Counted from the first letter of the stretch, positions 9,542 to 20,038 are shown. The stretch: DNA of 47,119 nt from an uncultured delta proteobacterium (GCA_963755715.1 CAVWLW010000039.1:1-47119), one strand, 5' to 3'. Numbers and translations: made by a program. The notes: a model not told the origin generated them from the sequence alone.

Positions 9542-10540
9542 TTATCTTCGATAAAGGTTCTTAATAAATCCAGACTCTTCAAGTCGTTGCAGCAAACTGT
9601 TGTCGACGAGCTTCTCGTAAGAAAGCCCCTTTAGTTGTTCTTTAGGGTACTGATCGAAAATCGCCTGCACCGAATCGCGGCGCACATAGGGAATCTCTTC
9701 CAAGACATTTTCATGCGGCTGATAAACGGGGCGGACGACCTCCGGCGGCACTCTCATCCGTTTTGAGATTGCCGCTATGGCGAGCTCGGGTTTTTCTTTG
9801 GCGAGCTTGATGGTTTCGATATAAGCCTTGAGCAGGTTGAGCACGGTGTCACGGCGGTTTTGCAGAAAGCTGCGCTGGACTTCTATGGCGCCCTGAAGAA
9901 ATGGAATCTTGAGCGACGATAAATCGACCAGCTCTTTAAAACCGGGGCGGGGCGGCGAGCCCAGGCTCGCATCGACGATACTTCTATCGAGAGATGCGAA
10001 AGATTCCGGCAACCCGCCGTGATGGAGGAACTTCACGTCGCGGTCCGCCAGTCCCGCCGATTTTAGCGCGATGCGCGCGATCGTGTGGGTCGCCGATCCG
10101 GCGCGGGTGACGCCGATGGTTTTGCCTCTGAGGTCCGCGAGCGTTTTGATCGGCGAGTCGCGTCTCACCCAAAACGACATGACCGCAAAGTTGCCTTTGG
10201 CTGCAACAAAGATGAGATCGCTGCCGGCGAGCACTGCCGCGATCGCCGATGAGCCGCTGAAGGCGCCGAATTCCACCGAGCCGCTCACCAGCGCTTGGAC
10301 CGGCACAGCACCGCGCGCGTGGACAACTTTGGTGTCGAGGCCGTATTTTTCAAATAGCCGCGCGTCTTCAGCCAGCCAGAGTGTCGCGTTGGTGGCGGCG
10401 ATCGCTTCGTAGATGAGACTGACCGAGGTTCGGGTTGTACTTTGGCCGAACGCCAGATGAGAAAGCGAAAGGAGAAAGATCAGTGTGACAGTTTGCAAGA
10501 GCGCGCGGGCGTGTGGAGTGATTACAGGATGCAGAGTCGT
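9542..10540 (-). CDS. ABC transporter substrate-binding protein (NMT1/SsuA-like); start approximate
   Basis: Hydrophobic signal LLQTVTLIFLLSLSHLAFG; LFEKYGLD, QALVSGSVEF, IKTLADLRGKTIGVTRAGS. The ORF-finder extension to 10708 reads through a REP. Confidence 0.88.
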   Translation of the reverse strand, partial: TTLHPVITPHARALLQTVTLIFLLSLSHLAFGQSTTRTSVSLIYEAIAATNATLWLAEDARLFEKYGLDTKVVHARGAVPVQALVSGSVEFGAFSGSSAIAAVLAGSDLIFVAAKGNFAVMSFWVRRDSPIKTLADLRGKTIGVTRAGSATHTIARIALKSAGLADRDVKFLHHGGLPESFASLDRSIVDASLGSPPRPGFKELVDLSSLKIPFLQGAIEVQRSFLQNRRDTVLNLLKAYIETIKLAKEKPELAIAAISKRMRVPPEVVRPVYQPHENVLEEIPYVRRDSVQAIFDQYPKEQLKGLSYEKLVDNSLLQRLEESGFIKNLYRR

Positions 10541-10557
10541 TCCCGATTTTTTCGCGT

Positions 10558-10622
10558 TGTCGTTCCGAAGGCATGTGAGGAATCTGAGGCCGGAAGGATT
10601 TCTCCCTTCGGTCGAAATGACA
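10558..10622. repeat. REP-like palindrome, second copy
   Basis: TGTCGTTCCGA...GAGGAATCT...GATTTCTCCCTTCGGTCGAAATGACA; a further partial TCGAAATGACA lies near 10698. Confidence 0.75.
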
Positions 10623-10760
10623 GGGAAGGAGGTTGCATTGTCAGGGGAGGTGGTCAAGAAGACACGGGAGGTAGTTGAGATGACAATCAGTTGTGCTCGA
10701 AATGACATAGATGATTTTCAGCGCAATACGGGCGATCAGCAAGGTGATCGAATAACACAT

Positions 10761-11877
10761 CTACTGAAGCAATTCATTCGCCAGCTTGATCGCTTTGGGC
10801 CACAGTTGGGTCAGAACTTCTTCACTGGAGTTTTCTCGCTTCTGGTTCTCTTCGACGCTGAGGAAATCTTTCGACGCGCGGGTGCCGGACTCCAGCAGGA
10901 ATTTAGTATCCACATCGAGCCGGCGCGTCGCTTGCCCCATTGCTTTGCCGTAGATTTCTTGGCCTTCTTTGCTGAGCAGCCAGTTGACGAAGAGTTTGGT
11001 CGCGTTGGGACGCGTGGAGTTTTTGACCACGGACAACGCGCCGCTGCCGCTGCTGGTATAGCTGCCTTCTTTGGCTTCCGGTAACGGTTTGATCGGCTGG
11101 TTGGCTTTGATGAACGGCGCCAAGCTGTAATAGGTGAGGCCAATGGTCAATGCCAAGCGTCCTTTGGCGAGATTGTCTCCGAGCATTCTTTGATCCCGCG
11201 ACAGCAAAAGCTCTTGGCGCTGCCAGCTTGCGGAGAAATTCTTCGCCTTTGGTTTTGTAAAAAAACGCCCAGGTCGAGGTGCCGCCGCCGGCCGAACGCG
11301 GGTCGAGGATGCCGATTTTACTTTTCCATTTGGGATTGAGCAGGTCGTCGAAGGACCGGAACTCGTCCGCTTTCATGAGCTGTGTGTTGTGCCAAAGATT
11401 TTCCGATTGGTAGGCTTGAAAGGAATAAAGAAATCGTTTGGCATTGTCCGAAAAAATATGCCCGCCGTACCAGCGTTTTGCCTCTTTGACTTCAGGCAGG
11501 ATCAGCAGCGGCTCGATGGGTTCCAAGATGCCGGCGTTCAAGAGGCTCAAAGGCGTCAAGCTGCCGCTGATCAAAACATCATAATAGCGCACGCCGGCGG
11601 CATGTTCCGCGGCGATCTTGCTGGCGTTGGTCGGACCGCGCGCGGTGCTGATTTCGATCTCCACGCCGGGAAAACGCTTGGCGAAAGTTTCTTCGAGACT
11701 TTTTCTCAACTCCGCGCTCGCCGGCACCCCCGCGACGACTTTGCTCTCTTTCTTGGCCGCGTCGATGGTTTTCTCCCATTCTATTTGCCACGCGAGCTTG
11801 GTTTCGGCTGCGGCCGATTGCTGCGCTGAGCTCAGCGCAAGCAACATGAGCAACATAAAGGGAGGGATGCGCGACAT
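10761..11877 (-). CDS. Extracellular solute-binding protein (indel near 11215)
   Basis: MSRIPPFMLLMLLALSSAQQSAA signal; EWEKTIDAAKKE, DDLLNPKWKSKIGILDPR; continues in ORF 10761..11207 (RPNATKLFVNWLLSKEGQ). Confidence 0.88.
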
Positions 11878-11878
11878 C

Positions 11879-12990
11879 CTACTTGAAAACCTCCTCGGCG
11901 ATCTTGGCCGACTTCGCCCAGTAATTATTGATGGTGTCTTCGCCGTAATTTTCCAGCCGGCTGTTTTCTTCGACGGTGAGAAAATCTTTCGACGCGCGCA
12001 CGCCGTGCTCGACCATCCATTTGGTCTCGACGTCGAAGCGGCGCGTCGCTTGTCCCATGGCTTTGCCGTAAATCTCTTGGCCTTCCTTGCCGAGAAGCCA
12101 GTTGATGAATACTTTGGTTGCATTCGGGTGCGGTGAGTTTTTGACCACGGACAGAGCGCTGCTGCCGCAACTGGTGTAGGTGCCCTCTTTCATATCGGGC
12201 AACGACTTGATCGGCAGTCCGGCCTTTAGGAAAGGCAAAAATGTATAATAAGTGAGGCCGATGGTGAGCGCGATTTTGCCCTTGGCCAAACTGTCGGCCA
12301 GCTGGCGCTGATCGCGGGATAAGAACATTTCTTGCGCGGCGAGTTTCTTCAAATATTCCTCGCCTTTAATTTTCAAAAAGAACGCCCAGGTAGCGGTGCC
12401 GGCTCCCGGCGAGCGCGGATCGAGAATACCGAGTTTGCCTTTCCATTTTGGGTTGAGCAAATCGTCGTAGGAACGGACGTCTTCCGCTTTCAGCAGCGCC
12501 GCATTATGCCAGATATTTTCCGACTGATAGACTTGGAACGCATAGATAAATCGTTTGGCGTTGTCGAGCCAGATATGGCCGCCGAACCAACGCTTGGGAT
12601 CTTTGATTTCCGGCAAAAGCAGCAGCGGTTCCACCGGCTCCAGGATGCCGGCATTCAACAGGCTAAAGGGAGTCGCCGTGCCGCTGATCAATAAATCAAA
12701 ATAGCGCACGCCGGCAGCGTGCTCGGCGGCGATCTTGTTGGCATTGGATGGCCCACGCGCGTTGGTGAGATCAAGCTCGATGCCGGGAAGCGCTTGGGAA
12801 AAATTTCGCCGATGGCTTTGCGCAGCTCCGCGCTGGCCGGAAGCGCCGCGACGAGCTTGCCTTCCTTCTTGGCGGCTTCAAGGGTTTTTTCCCATTCCGC
12901 TGAAGAGGGCGGGCGCGCTTCTCCGGAAAAACTTGGCGTCGTGATCAACGACACAATGATAATGGTCAAGGCAAAGCGGAAAACTCCCAT
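11879..12990 (-). CDS. Extracellular solute-binding protein, paralogue of downstream gene (indel near 12780)
   Basis: MGVFRFALTIIIVSL signal; EWEKTLEAAKKEGKL; joins ORF 11879..12709 (PHPNATKVFINWLLGKEGQ). Confidence 0.88.
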
Positions 12991-13267
12991 TCGTGCCTTC
13001 CGAAGTGTAAATGTTGCCATGGAAACGAGACCGGTGATCGTGGTCGGACCAATCTGAACCGGACGGCGCCGCCTCATGTCAGAGAAATGGCGCGAAGAGG
13101 CGCGCGTCTGCTGGCGCTGCAAGGGCGCCGAGATCGAGCAGCGAGCTGCGACGAGGAAGAAGTGCGCATTTTGCATGGCGCTCCGTCGGATACTGGATGC
13201 GGATCTCGAACATCGGCTGGCCCTGACTCTGGCGCGGACGCCGCTGTGTCAAGGAAGTCGTGAAAAG

Positions 13268-14342
13268 TTAGAGCAGCCGGAAGGAGCTGGGTCTTGATGA
13301 TGAGAAAGACCGGACAGTCCGACGTCGAGGGCAAGGCGCGTAACAGCGCCGATGGTGAGACGCACGAGAAATTCTTCGCCGGCAACGACCTGACCAATGC
13401 TTGACCGTCGATCATGTCGATGGTGCGAATCGTGCCCGGCAAGATATTGCCCGCCGAAATTCCTCCGGGGCGTTGGTGCCGACGAGAATATCGTCCGCGC
13501 TGACGCGAATCTGAAACGTCGGGCGAACGGCTTGCGCCAGGTAGGGAATGAAAAGTTCCGCGCCGGACGAAGAGCCGCACCCGTGATCGCCCGGCTGCTT
13601 TGTCCGATTCGACGAAAGTCACCGTGAAGACGTTTTCGAATTCCTCTTCGGGGATTTGCCTGACCGCGCGGCGGGACATAAGCGTCTCTTTGGGCGCGCC
13701 TTGAGCGACAAGCTGCCGCTGCTGAATCATCAAGACCCAATCCGCCAGGGTAAGCACCTCGGTCAGGTTGTGCGTGACATAGATCATCGGAATGGCGAAC
13801 TCGTCGCGGACGCGCGCCAGATAAGGCAGGATTTTTTCCTTGAGGCCGATATCGAGCGCGGCCAGCGGCTCATCGAGCAAGAGCAGCTGCGGGCGCGACA
13901 AGATCGCGCGGGCAAGCGCGACGCGTTGCGCTTCGCCGCCGGAAAGTTTGGTCACGGGCCGGGCCAGCAGATGGGCGATCTCGAGAATTTCGAGCACGTG
14001 TTCCATGCCGATGTCTTTGGCGTCGGCGGCGTAACGCGCGCTCGGCGCCGAAAAGAATATTTCGCCGCACGCGAAAGGTGCGGAAACAAGGCGCCCTCCT
14101 GCGGCACGTAACCGATGCCTCTCTGCGCGGCGGTGAGATTGATTTTCCGCGCCGAGGAGAAGAGCGTCTTGCCGCCGATCTCGATCTCGCCCGTCGCGAT
14201 ATCGCGCAGGCCGGCGACGGCGTCGAGCAGCGTCGTTTTGCCTGAGCCCGAAGGCCCGAAGATCGCCGTGACCCGCGCATCGAAGGACGACGTCGATGTC
14301 GAGCTCAAAGTTCGCCAGCGGTATGCGGCAGCGCAGCCGCAT
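13268..14342 (-). CDS. modC: Molybdate ABC transporter ATP-binding subunit with C-terminal TOBE (multiple indels)
   Basis: Walker A GPSGSGKTT, IGYVPQEGALFPHL, LSGGEAQRVALARA, LLLLDEPLAALD, IYVTH, ISAGNILPGTI, PVFLIIKT; spread over three frames. Confidence 0.88.
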
Positions 14343-15017
14343 GTCAGCTTTCTTTCCCGTGCGCAGCAGCCACTCCGAGCACCAGACGAACAGGAATGCC
14401 AGTGCGACAGTTATCCCAAGCAAAACATAAGCGTCCGAATCTTTGCCCAGCTGAACGTAATTATAAATTGCCAGCGACAAGGTTTGTGTCTTGCCTGGGA
14501 TATTTCCAGCCAACAATATGGTCGCGCCGAATTCGCCGAGGGCGCGCGAAAATGCCAACAGCGCGCCGGCGACGATGCCTTTGTAAGCGAGCGGAATCGT
14601 GATCACGAAGAAAATTCTTAGCGGCGAAGCGCCTAGGGTGGCGGCGATCTGTTCAAGCCGCGGATTCACTTCCGCAAAAGAAGTGCGCACCGAACGGACG
14701 AGCAAGGGAAAGGACATGACCGACATGGCGATCAGCACGCCTTTCCAGTTGAATACGATTTCTATGCCGCGTTCATAGAGCCATTGCCCGAGGGGGCTCC
14801 GCCGTCCGAAGATTTTCAGAAGGATCAAGCCGGTCGATACGGGCGGCATGACCAACGGCAAGAGAACTGCGGTTTCTACTATGCTTTTGAGCGGCCACTC
14901 CTTACGAGCGAAGAGCCACGCCAGCGCGATACCAAACGGGAGAATCAGCAGTGTGCTGGCAAGTCCGACTGAAATAGAGAAGAGGGTGATTTGCCAAGTC
15001 TCAAAGGAGAAGATCAC
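14343..15017 (-). CDS. modB: Molybdate ABC transporter permease
   Basis: LPLVMPPVSTG, VMSFPLLVRS, ATLGASP, FSRALGEFGATILLAGNIPGKTQTLSLAIY; reads in frame into the modC start as sequenced. Confidence 0.93.
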
Positions 15018-15038
15018 GAATGAACAAGTTCCTCGGGA

Positions 15039-15810
15039 TCAATCTAATACGACAAAGCCGTATTTTTTGAAAGCGTCCTTCGCGGCGGGACTCTAAAACG
15101 TAGTTCATAAAATCGCGCGCCGCGTCTTTCCGCTTCGATTCTTTGACGATAGCGATCGGGTAGGTGATCTTGGGGCCTTTATCGATGGGCACTTCGTAGA
15201 CGATCTTCACTTTCTTGGAAATGGCCGCGTCGGTTTTGTAGACGAAGCCGGCTTCGACGTTGCCGGACTCGACCGAAGCCAGGGTCGCGCGAACATCTTG
15301 TACCGGAACGATCTTCGATTTCACCTGGTCCCACAAGCCTTCGTCGGTCAAGTATTTGCTGCTGTAGACGCCGACGGGAACGGAGGTCGGCTCGGCGAGC
15401 GCGATTTTTTTGATGTCGGCTTTCAATAAATCCTTCGGCGAGGAAATGGCGAGCTTGGAATCCGCCGGTACGATGATCACCAATTGGTTAGAGAGCAGAT
15501 TTTTTCGCGTGCCCGGCTCCAGTCGGCCGTTCTTATCAAGATTGTCCATCTGCGCTAGATCGGCGGAGAAGAAAATATCCGCCGGCGCGCCTTCTTCAAT
15601 CTGCCGCGCCAGTCCGTTGGACGGACCAAAGTTGAATTTTACCGTGTGCTTGGATTTCGATTGATAGCCTGCGCTGATTTCCTTCAAGACATCGGTAAGG
15701 CTGGCCGCCGCGGAAACTAGAATTTCGTCTGCCCGTGCATTGACCTGTGTCCAGGCCAATACAACGAACACAGCGGCCACCGAAAGTGATTTACGCATAC
15801 CATGAAACAT
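15039..15810 (-). CDS. modA: Molybdate ABC transporter substrate-binding protein (indel near 15095)
   Basis: VSAAASLTD, NFGPSNGLARQIEEGAPADIFFSA, SVPVGVYS, DVRATL..VESGNVEAGFVYKTDA; corrected end SPAAKDAFKKYGFVVLD*. Confidence 0.93.
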
Positions 15811-15850
15811 CTTTACGGGTCCTCCTCTTGTCGTGTCCGATCAACGCTGC

Positions 15851-16060
15851 TCATTCTTTGCCGACAATGACTTCCGAAGCTTTGATAATGGCATAAGCCT
15901 CGTCGCCCTTTTTGAGCTTTAGATCCTTGGCGGCCTCGACCGTGATGGAAGAGGTGATGACGATGCCATGGCCAACATCGATCTTGACGTGGGCGGTGGT
16001 CACACCTTTGACCACGGCAGCGATTTTTCCTTTTAAAACATTGCGTGCGCTAAGTTTCAT
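15851..16060 (-). CDS. Molbindin / Mop (single TOBE) molybdate-binding protein
   Basis: MKLSARNVLKGKI...ITSSITVEAAKDLKLKKGDEAYAIIKASEV; AAGGAG RBS. Confidence 0.95.
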   Translation of the reverse strand: MKLSARNVLKGKIAAVVKGVTTAHVKIDVGHGIVITSSITVEAAKDLKLKKGDEAYAIIKASEVIVGKE

Positions 16061-16107
16061 GGATTCTCCTTGTTCGAGTGTTTGTTGATCTTAAGAGGCG
16101 TTGCTTG

Positions 16108-16805
16108 TCAGCTTTCATCCGTCGGCAGATAGAGGATCATTCCCTGGCTAAAGCTGAAACTTTCCAGATGGCCGGATAGTTGGTTGTCGAGCGTTCTGAC
16201 GTGCATATGGAAATCGGAGTCGCGCGGCGTGAACACGCCGCGGTGCTGGCGCGAGTAAAAGCCGACGATCTCGACCGACTTGTCGGCGATCGGCAATCGA
16301 ACTTTGGCCTTTTCGTGTAGGTGAGGATTGTATTCGCCATCGCTCTGGTTGCAAAGAATGTGAAACGTGGCCTGCGCCATGTGACATTGAAGTAAGAAGG
16401 GAAAAGGCTGATCGACGTCGATGCCGCTCTCCACTGCGAATCGCAACAATTGGTCTCCGAGCTGTTGCTCGCCGGCGATGCCCCTTGCGGAGGGTTGTGC
16501 GGCGCCAGTTTTCGACGATGGCATAAACGAGAAAGGCGGCACGGCGACTAAGATCGATACTGACGTTGTACGAGTCCGTCGTGGACTTCCGAAATCAACG
16601 CCGCGCTGTCGTAAATCGAGACTTCGCCGCGCGCGTTTTCCAAAGGTCCGACGGCATATAAACTCTCAAGACCGGTGAAGCGCTGCAACGAAATAGGATC
16701 CGTGGCTTTCCCCGCAATAAAATCCCCTTGAGAGCCAAACCACTCGACGCACCACGAACGATGCTGAACGGACGGGTTAGGAGGGTTCAAAGTTTGTTCA
16801 TCCAT
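16108..16805 (-). CDS. Alpha-acetolactate decarboxylase-like protein (indel near 16565)
   Basis: LYAVGPLENARGEVSIYD in ORF 16548..16859; IVGFYSRQHRGVFTPRDSDFHMHV...SGHLE (HxH...H Zn motif) in ORF 16108..16542; start overlaps the regulator stop. Confidence 0.75.
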
Positions 16806-17950
16806 GGCTCGCCTCGACAATTTTGCCGATTTCCCTTGTATCGTATCCTCCCAGCGCATCGAGCTCGTCCCGGAAGGGTTTGCTCACAATGGTGTCCAGC
16901 AGGACGCGCAGACCGCTCAAGGCTTTCGTAATAGTTTTTCGGAATAACCAAGTCATAGCGTTCGCGCTGCAAAGCCACGAAGTCCAAGCCGCAGATCGAC
17001 GCGACGGAGCGAACGCCGATGCCGGTGTCGGCCAAGCCGGCCCTGATCCGTGCGGCGACGTCGAGATGCGACAAAACTTCGTCGCCGTAGCCCTTCACGC
17101 GAGCTGGCTTAATCCCGCCTGTGTTTAATTGTTTGTCGAGAAGACGGCGCGCGCCTGAACCTTTTTCGCGGTTGACGATTCTGACGCTGGGTTTTGCAAT
17201 ATCGCTGATAGTGCGCACCTTCTTGGGGTTGCCCTGGCGGACAATGAAGCCTTCTTCCCAGTGGGCGAAAGTGACGACAATGCAGTCCATGTCGCCGAGG
17301 CTGTGCTTCAAATTGGGAAGTTCCCATCCCTCTGATTTCTCTTCTGCCAGATGAATGCCCGCCACGTGAATTTCGCCGCGCTTCAGCGCGTTGAGAGCGA
17401 CGCTGCTGCCCATCAGACACGGCACCAAGTTTTCTTGATCGTGTTTTCGAACATGCTCGCCAGCCAGAAACATCGCCGGATCGCACCCGCCGACAACGAT
17501 CTTTCGGCGCACCGCCTCGCGATCTTTGAGCAATCTAACTTTGACGCGATTTTTGTCGGGACTGGTCCCGATGATCAGGCCGTCGGCGTTAGCGCTCAAG
17601 CTACTTAACTCGCCGATGCCGATGAGGGGCCGTACGAGCACGCGGTGGCCGATTTGAGTTACTTGAGCGCGCACCGGGCCGTCACTTTGCGGAAGCGCGC
17701 CGAGCAGCTCTCCCTCGATGATTTCCCCGCCTCGTTTGATGCTGAACAAATCTTCGACGCGACATTGGAGCGCTCGCGCAAGTTGGAGCGCGACCGAGGT
17801 GGCGGGGGAGTACTGATTGGACTCCAGAGCGCTGATTGCTTGCCGCGTGATGCCCGCCAGGTCCGCCAGTTGTTTTTGCGAGAGAGCGTGCGCTTGCCGC
17901 TTCTCGCGCAAGTGATTTTCCATCTCGAGCTTGGGAATCTCTATTTCCAC
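16798..17950 (-). CDS. XRE-type HTH fused to molybdate/tungstate-binding PBP domain (putative regulator; indel near 16920)
   Basis: NHLREKRQAHALSQKQLADLAGITRQAISALESNQYSP...VEDLF; GGCDPA, GSSVALNALKRGEIHVAGIHL, VNREKGSGARRLLD, HLDVA, ERYDLVIP; corrected end ...DALGGYDTREIGKIVEASHG*. Confidence 0.88.
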
Positions 17951-17970
17951 GCATCCTCCAACAGAATAGA

Positions 17971-18010
17971 TGACATTATGTCCGGTATCATTACCAAATA
18001 ATACTGTCAA
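17971..18010. promoter_or_regulatory. Candidate operator/promoter of the molybdate operon
   Basis: AT-rich TGACATTATGTCCGGTATCATTACCAAATAATACTGTCAA: outer TGACA/TGTCA inverted repeat, inner GACAT-T-ATGTC palindrome, TTGACA -35 on the minus strand. Confidence 0.45.
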
Positions 18011-18099
18011 GTTGCTGTGCTTGGCGTACGAATCGCTGGATTGTGTGTGCATGATTCCCCCTGAGTTTGATAGCTGGTCGCGCGGCAGAGCGGACGGCG

Positions 18100-18637
18100 C
18101 TGCTCTTTGTCCTCGCCTAACTCGGCGGTGTCCTAACCATCGTCAGCCCATGCGTGTGTTGTGCCCCTGCTGCCTCTCGTGTTCGCTCCGCGCTGACCGG
18201 CCCTTCACGCGCAGCACGCTGCCGATGCTCGTCGGCATGGCCGCGATCTTCAGCGCCGTCGGGGACAAGAAGCACTGCTACACGACGGGCGCGCCGCGTC
18301 TCAACGAGTGGGGGCTAGCCGGAGAGTGGACCATCGGCAAAGAACATGCGACGCTGGGCGCAGCCAACGGAACAATCGTCTATCGATTTCACGCGCGAGA
18401 TCTGCACCTTGTGCTCGGCCCGGGATCCGACGGGAAACCGGTTCGATTCCGCGTGACCGTAGACGAGACCGCGCCGGGCAACAACCATGGCGCCGATATC
18501 AATGCTGCCGGCGAAGGTGTTATAAATGAGCAACGTCTCTATCAACTCATTCGCCAAAAAGGTCCCGTCACCGAACGCTCATTCAAAATTCGTTTTGTTG
18601 TCCCGGTGTGGAAATCTTCGTGTTTACATTCGGTTGA
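18100..18637 (+). pseudogene. dipZ: DipZ (CcdA-thioredoxin) remnant with large internal deletion
   Basis: N-terminal LFVLA*LGGVLTIVSPCV...RADRPFTRSTLPMLVGMA with in-frame TAA is fused directly to the C-terminal domain LNEWGLAGEW...YRFHARDLHLVLGP...QRLYQLIRQ...FTFG*; the thioredoxin domain is absent. Confidence 0.8.
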
Positions 18638-18651
18638 TTTAGGAGGTGCTT

Positions 18652-19356
18652 ATGTCCTCGTTGACCACGCGCGTTATTCTCGTAGTCTTGGCGATCGTCG
18701 TTCTGGCCGTCATCTTCAAAGGCGCGGCCTCGCGGGCCGAAAATGCGACGGTCGTGCCCATGCCAGCGGTGGACGAACCGGCAGGAACTCGTTCATCCGA
18801 GATCGCGGTTCTTGGCGGGGGATGTTTCTGGGGTGTTCAGGCCGTCTATCAACATCTGAAGGGCGTGACGAGCGCGGTCTCGGGTTACGCCGGCGGAGAA
18901 CAGGGGACAGCTGAGTATGAGCGCGTGAGCACAGGACGCACCGGTCACGCCGAGGCCGTGCAGATCACTTTCGATCCGCGCGTCATCACCTACGGGCGAA
19001 TCCTGCAGGTGTTTTTCTCGGTGGTCCATGATCCGACGCAACTGAATCGTCAAGGACCCGACGTCGGCACGCAGTACCGGTCCGCGATCTTTCCGATGAA
19101 TCCCGAGCAGGGCAACGTCGCGAAGGCCTTCATAGCCCAGCTCAACCAAGCGCGGACTTTCGACGCGGCGATCGTGACGAAGATCGAGCCAAGCCGAAGC
19201 TTTTATAGAGCGGAAGCGTACCATCAGGATTTCCTGGAACGGAATCCGACGCATCCCTACATCGTCATGAACGATCTTCCAAAGATCGACAATCTCAAAC
19301 GCATATTTCCCAACCTCTACAATCCCAAGCCGGTCCTTGTCGGTTCGACAAAATAG
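18652..19356 (+). CDS. msrA: Peptide-methionine (S)-S-oxide reductase, exported
   Basis: GGCFWGV, SGYAGG, TGHAEAV, HDPTQLNRQGPDVGTQYRSAIF, AEAYHQDF; N-terminal signal/TM; AGGAGG RBS. Confidence 0.96.
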   Translation: MSSLTTRVILVVLAIVVLAVIFKGAASRAENATVVPMPAVDEPAGTRSSEIAVLGGGCFWGVQAVYQHLKGVTSAVSGYAGGEQGTAEYERVSTGRTGHAEAVQITFDPRVITYGRILQVFFSVVHDPTQLNRQGPDVGTQYRSAIFPMNPEQGNVAKAFIAQLNQARTFDAAIVTKIEPSRSFYRAEAYHQDFLERNPTHPYIVMNDLPKIDNLKRIFPNLYNPKPVLVGSTK

Positions 19357-19363
19357 CGCCCAA

Positions 19364-19920
19364 AGCAGACGTAAGTCAGGAAAGCGAAGTGTCAGAGATG
19401 GTCGAGCGAGTCTCGACTCGATTCGATCGGATCGACGTATTGGTGAACAATGCCGGCATCGAGTCTTATTTTGCCTTGAACGAAATGGACGGTGCAGAGC
19501 GCTCTCCGACGACGGACTTCCGCGACCCGCTCATGCAAAGCCGTCTCGGCGGAACCTACGTCTGCACCAAGCATGTGTTGCCGATCATGAAGCAACAGCA
19601 CTCCGGTCACATTATCAACGTTTACGGCGCGCTGGCCCGGCAGCGGCACGGACGGTTACGCTGCATCAGCGTCGCGGGACGCGCTCCAATGCTTCACGAG
19701 TTACGTCGCGAACCAAGTGCGCGATGCGAACGTTTGCGTGGTCGTGCTGGTCCCGGCGAGCTGTCCGATCGCCGCGGATAGTGTTTCGACCGAGGACCGG
19801 CAGGGAATGCCGGGGGTTGAAATGAGCGCCGGCCGGTTTGTTCTGGCATCCAATGCGGGTATGGATCTCTCGGGTCGACTGGTAACCTGCGAGGGCGGTT
19901 ATCTCGATGCCGCGTATTGA
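19364..19920 (+). pseudogene. Truncated, frameshifted SDR oxidoreductase
   Basis: ADVSQESEVSEMV...IDVLVNNAGI...GHIINV; lacks the N-terminal TGxxxGIG; degenerate YxxxK; several frame breaks. Confidence 0.7.
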
Positions 19921-19993
19921 GTCAAAGTTTGGATAGCCGTCGAACAACCATAAAAAACGAATCCGTGGGAAAAAGCGGTCTGAATCAAGACTG

Positions 19994-20011
19994 AATGAGA
20001 ATGCATTCGCA
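19994..20011. promoter_or_regulatory. Fur-box-like palindrome
   Basis: AATGAGAATGCATTCGCA; TGAGAATGCATTCGCA is a 14/16 palindrome ending about 27 bp upstream of the iron-type SBP start. Confidence 0.5.
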
Positions 20012-20038
20012 GCCAACCGAGTGTCGGAAGGAACATCA

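Noticed and set aside
10541-10708. Long N-terminal extension of the 9542 SBP
   Set aside because: Translation of a REP palindrome and intergenic DNA upstream of the real signal peptide.
13040-13260. Short overlapping ORFs between modC and the SBP pair
   Set aside because: No recognisable motifs or RBS; cannot be supported as genes.
13074-15017. 647-aa ORF as a single novel multidomain protein
   Set aside because: It is ModB plus alternately in-frame and out-of-frame pieces of ModC, created by indels.
17970-18914. 314-aa Cys-rich ORF
   Set aside because: Chimera of intergenic sequence, dipZ fragments and an off-frame read of msrA.
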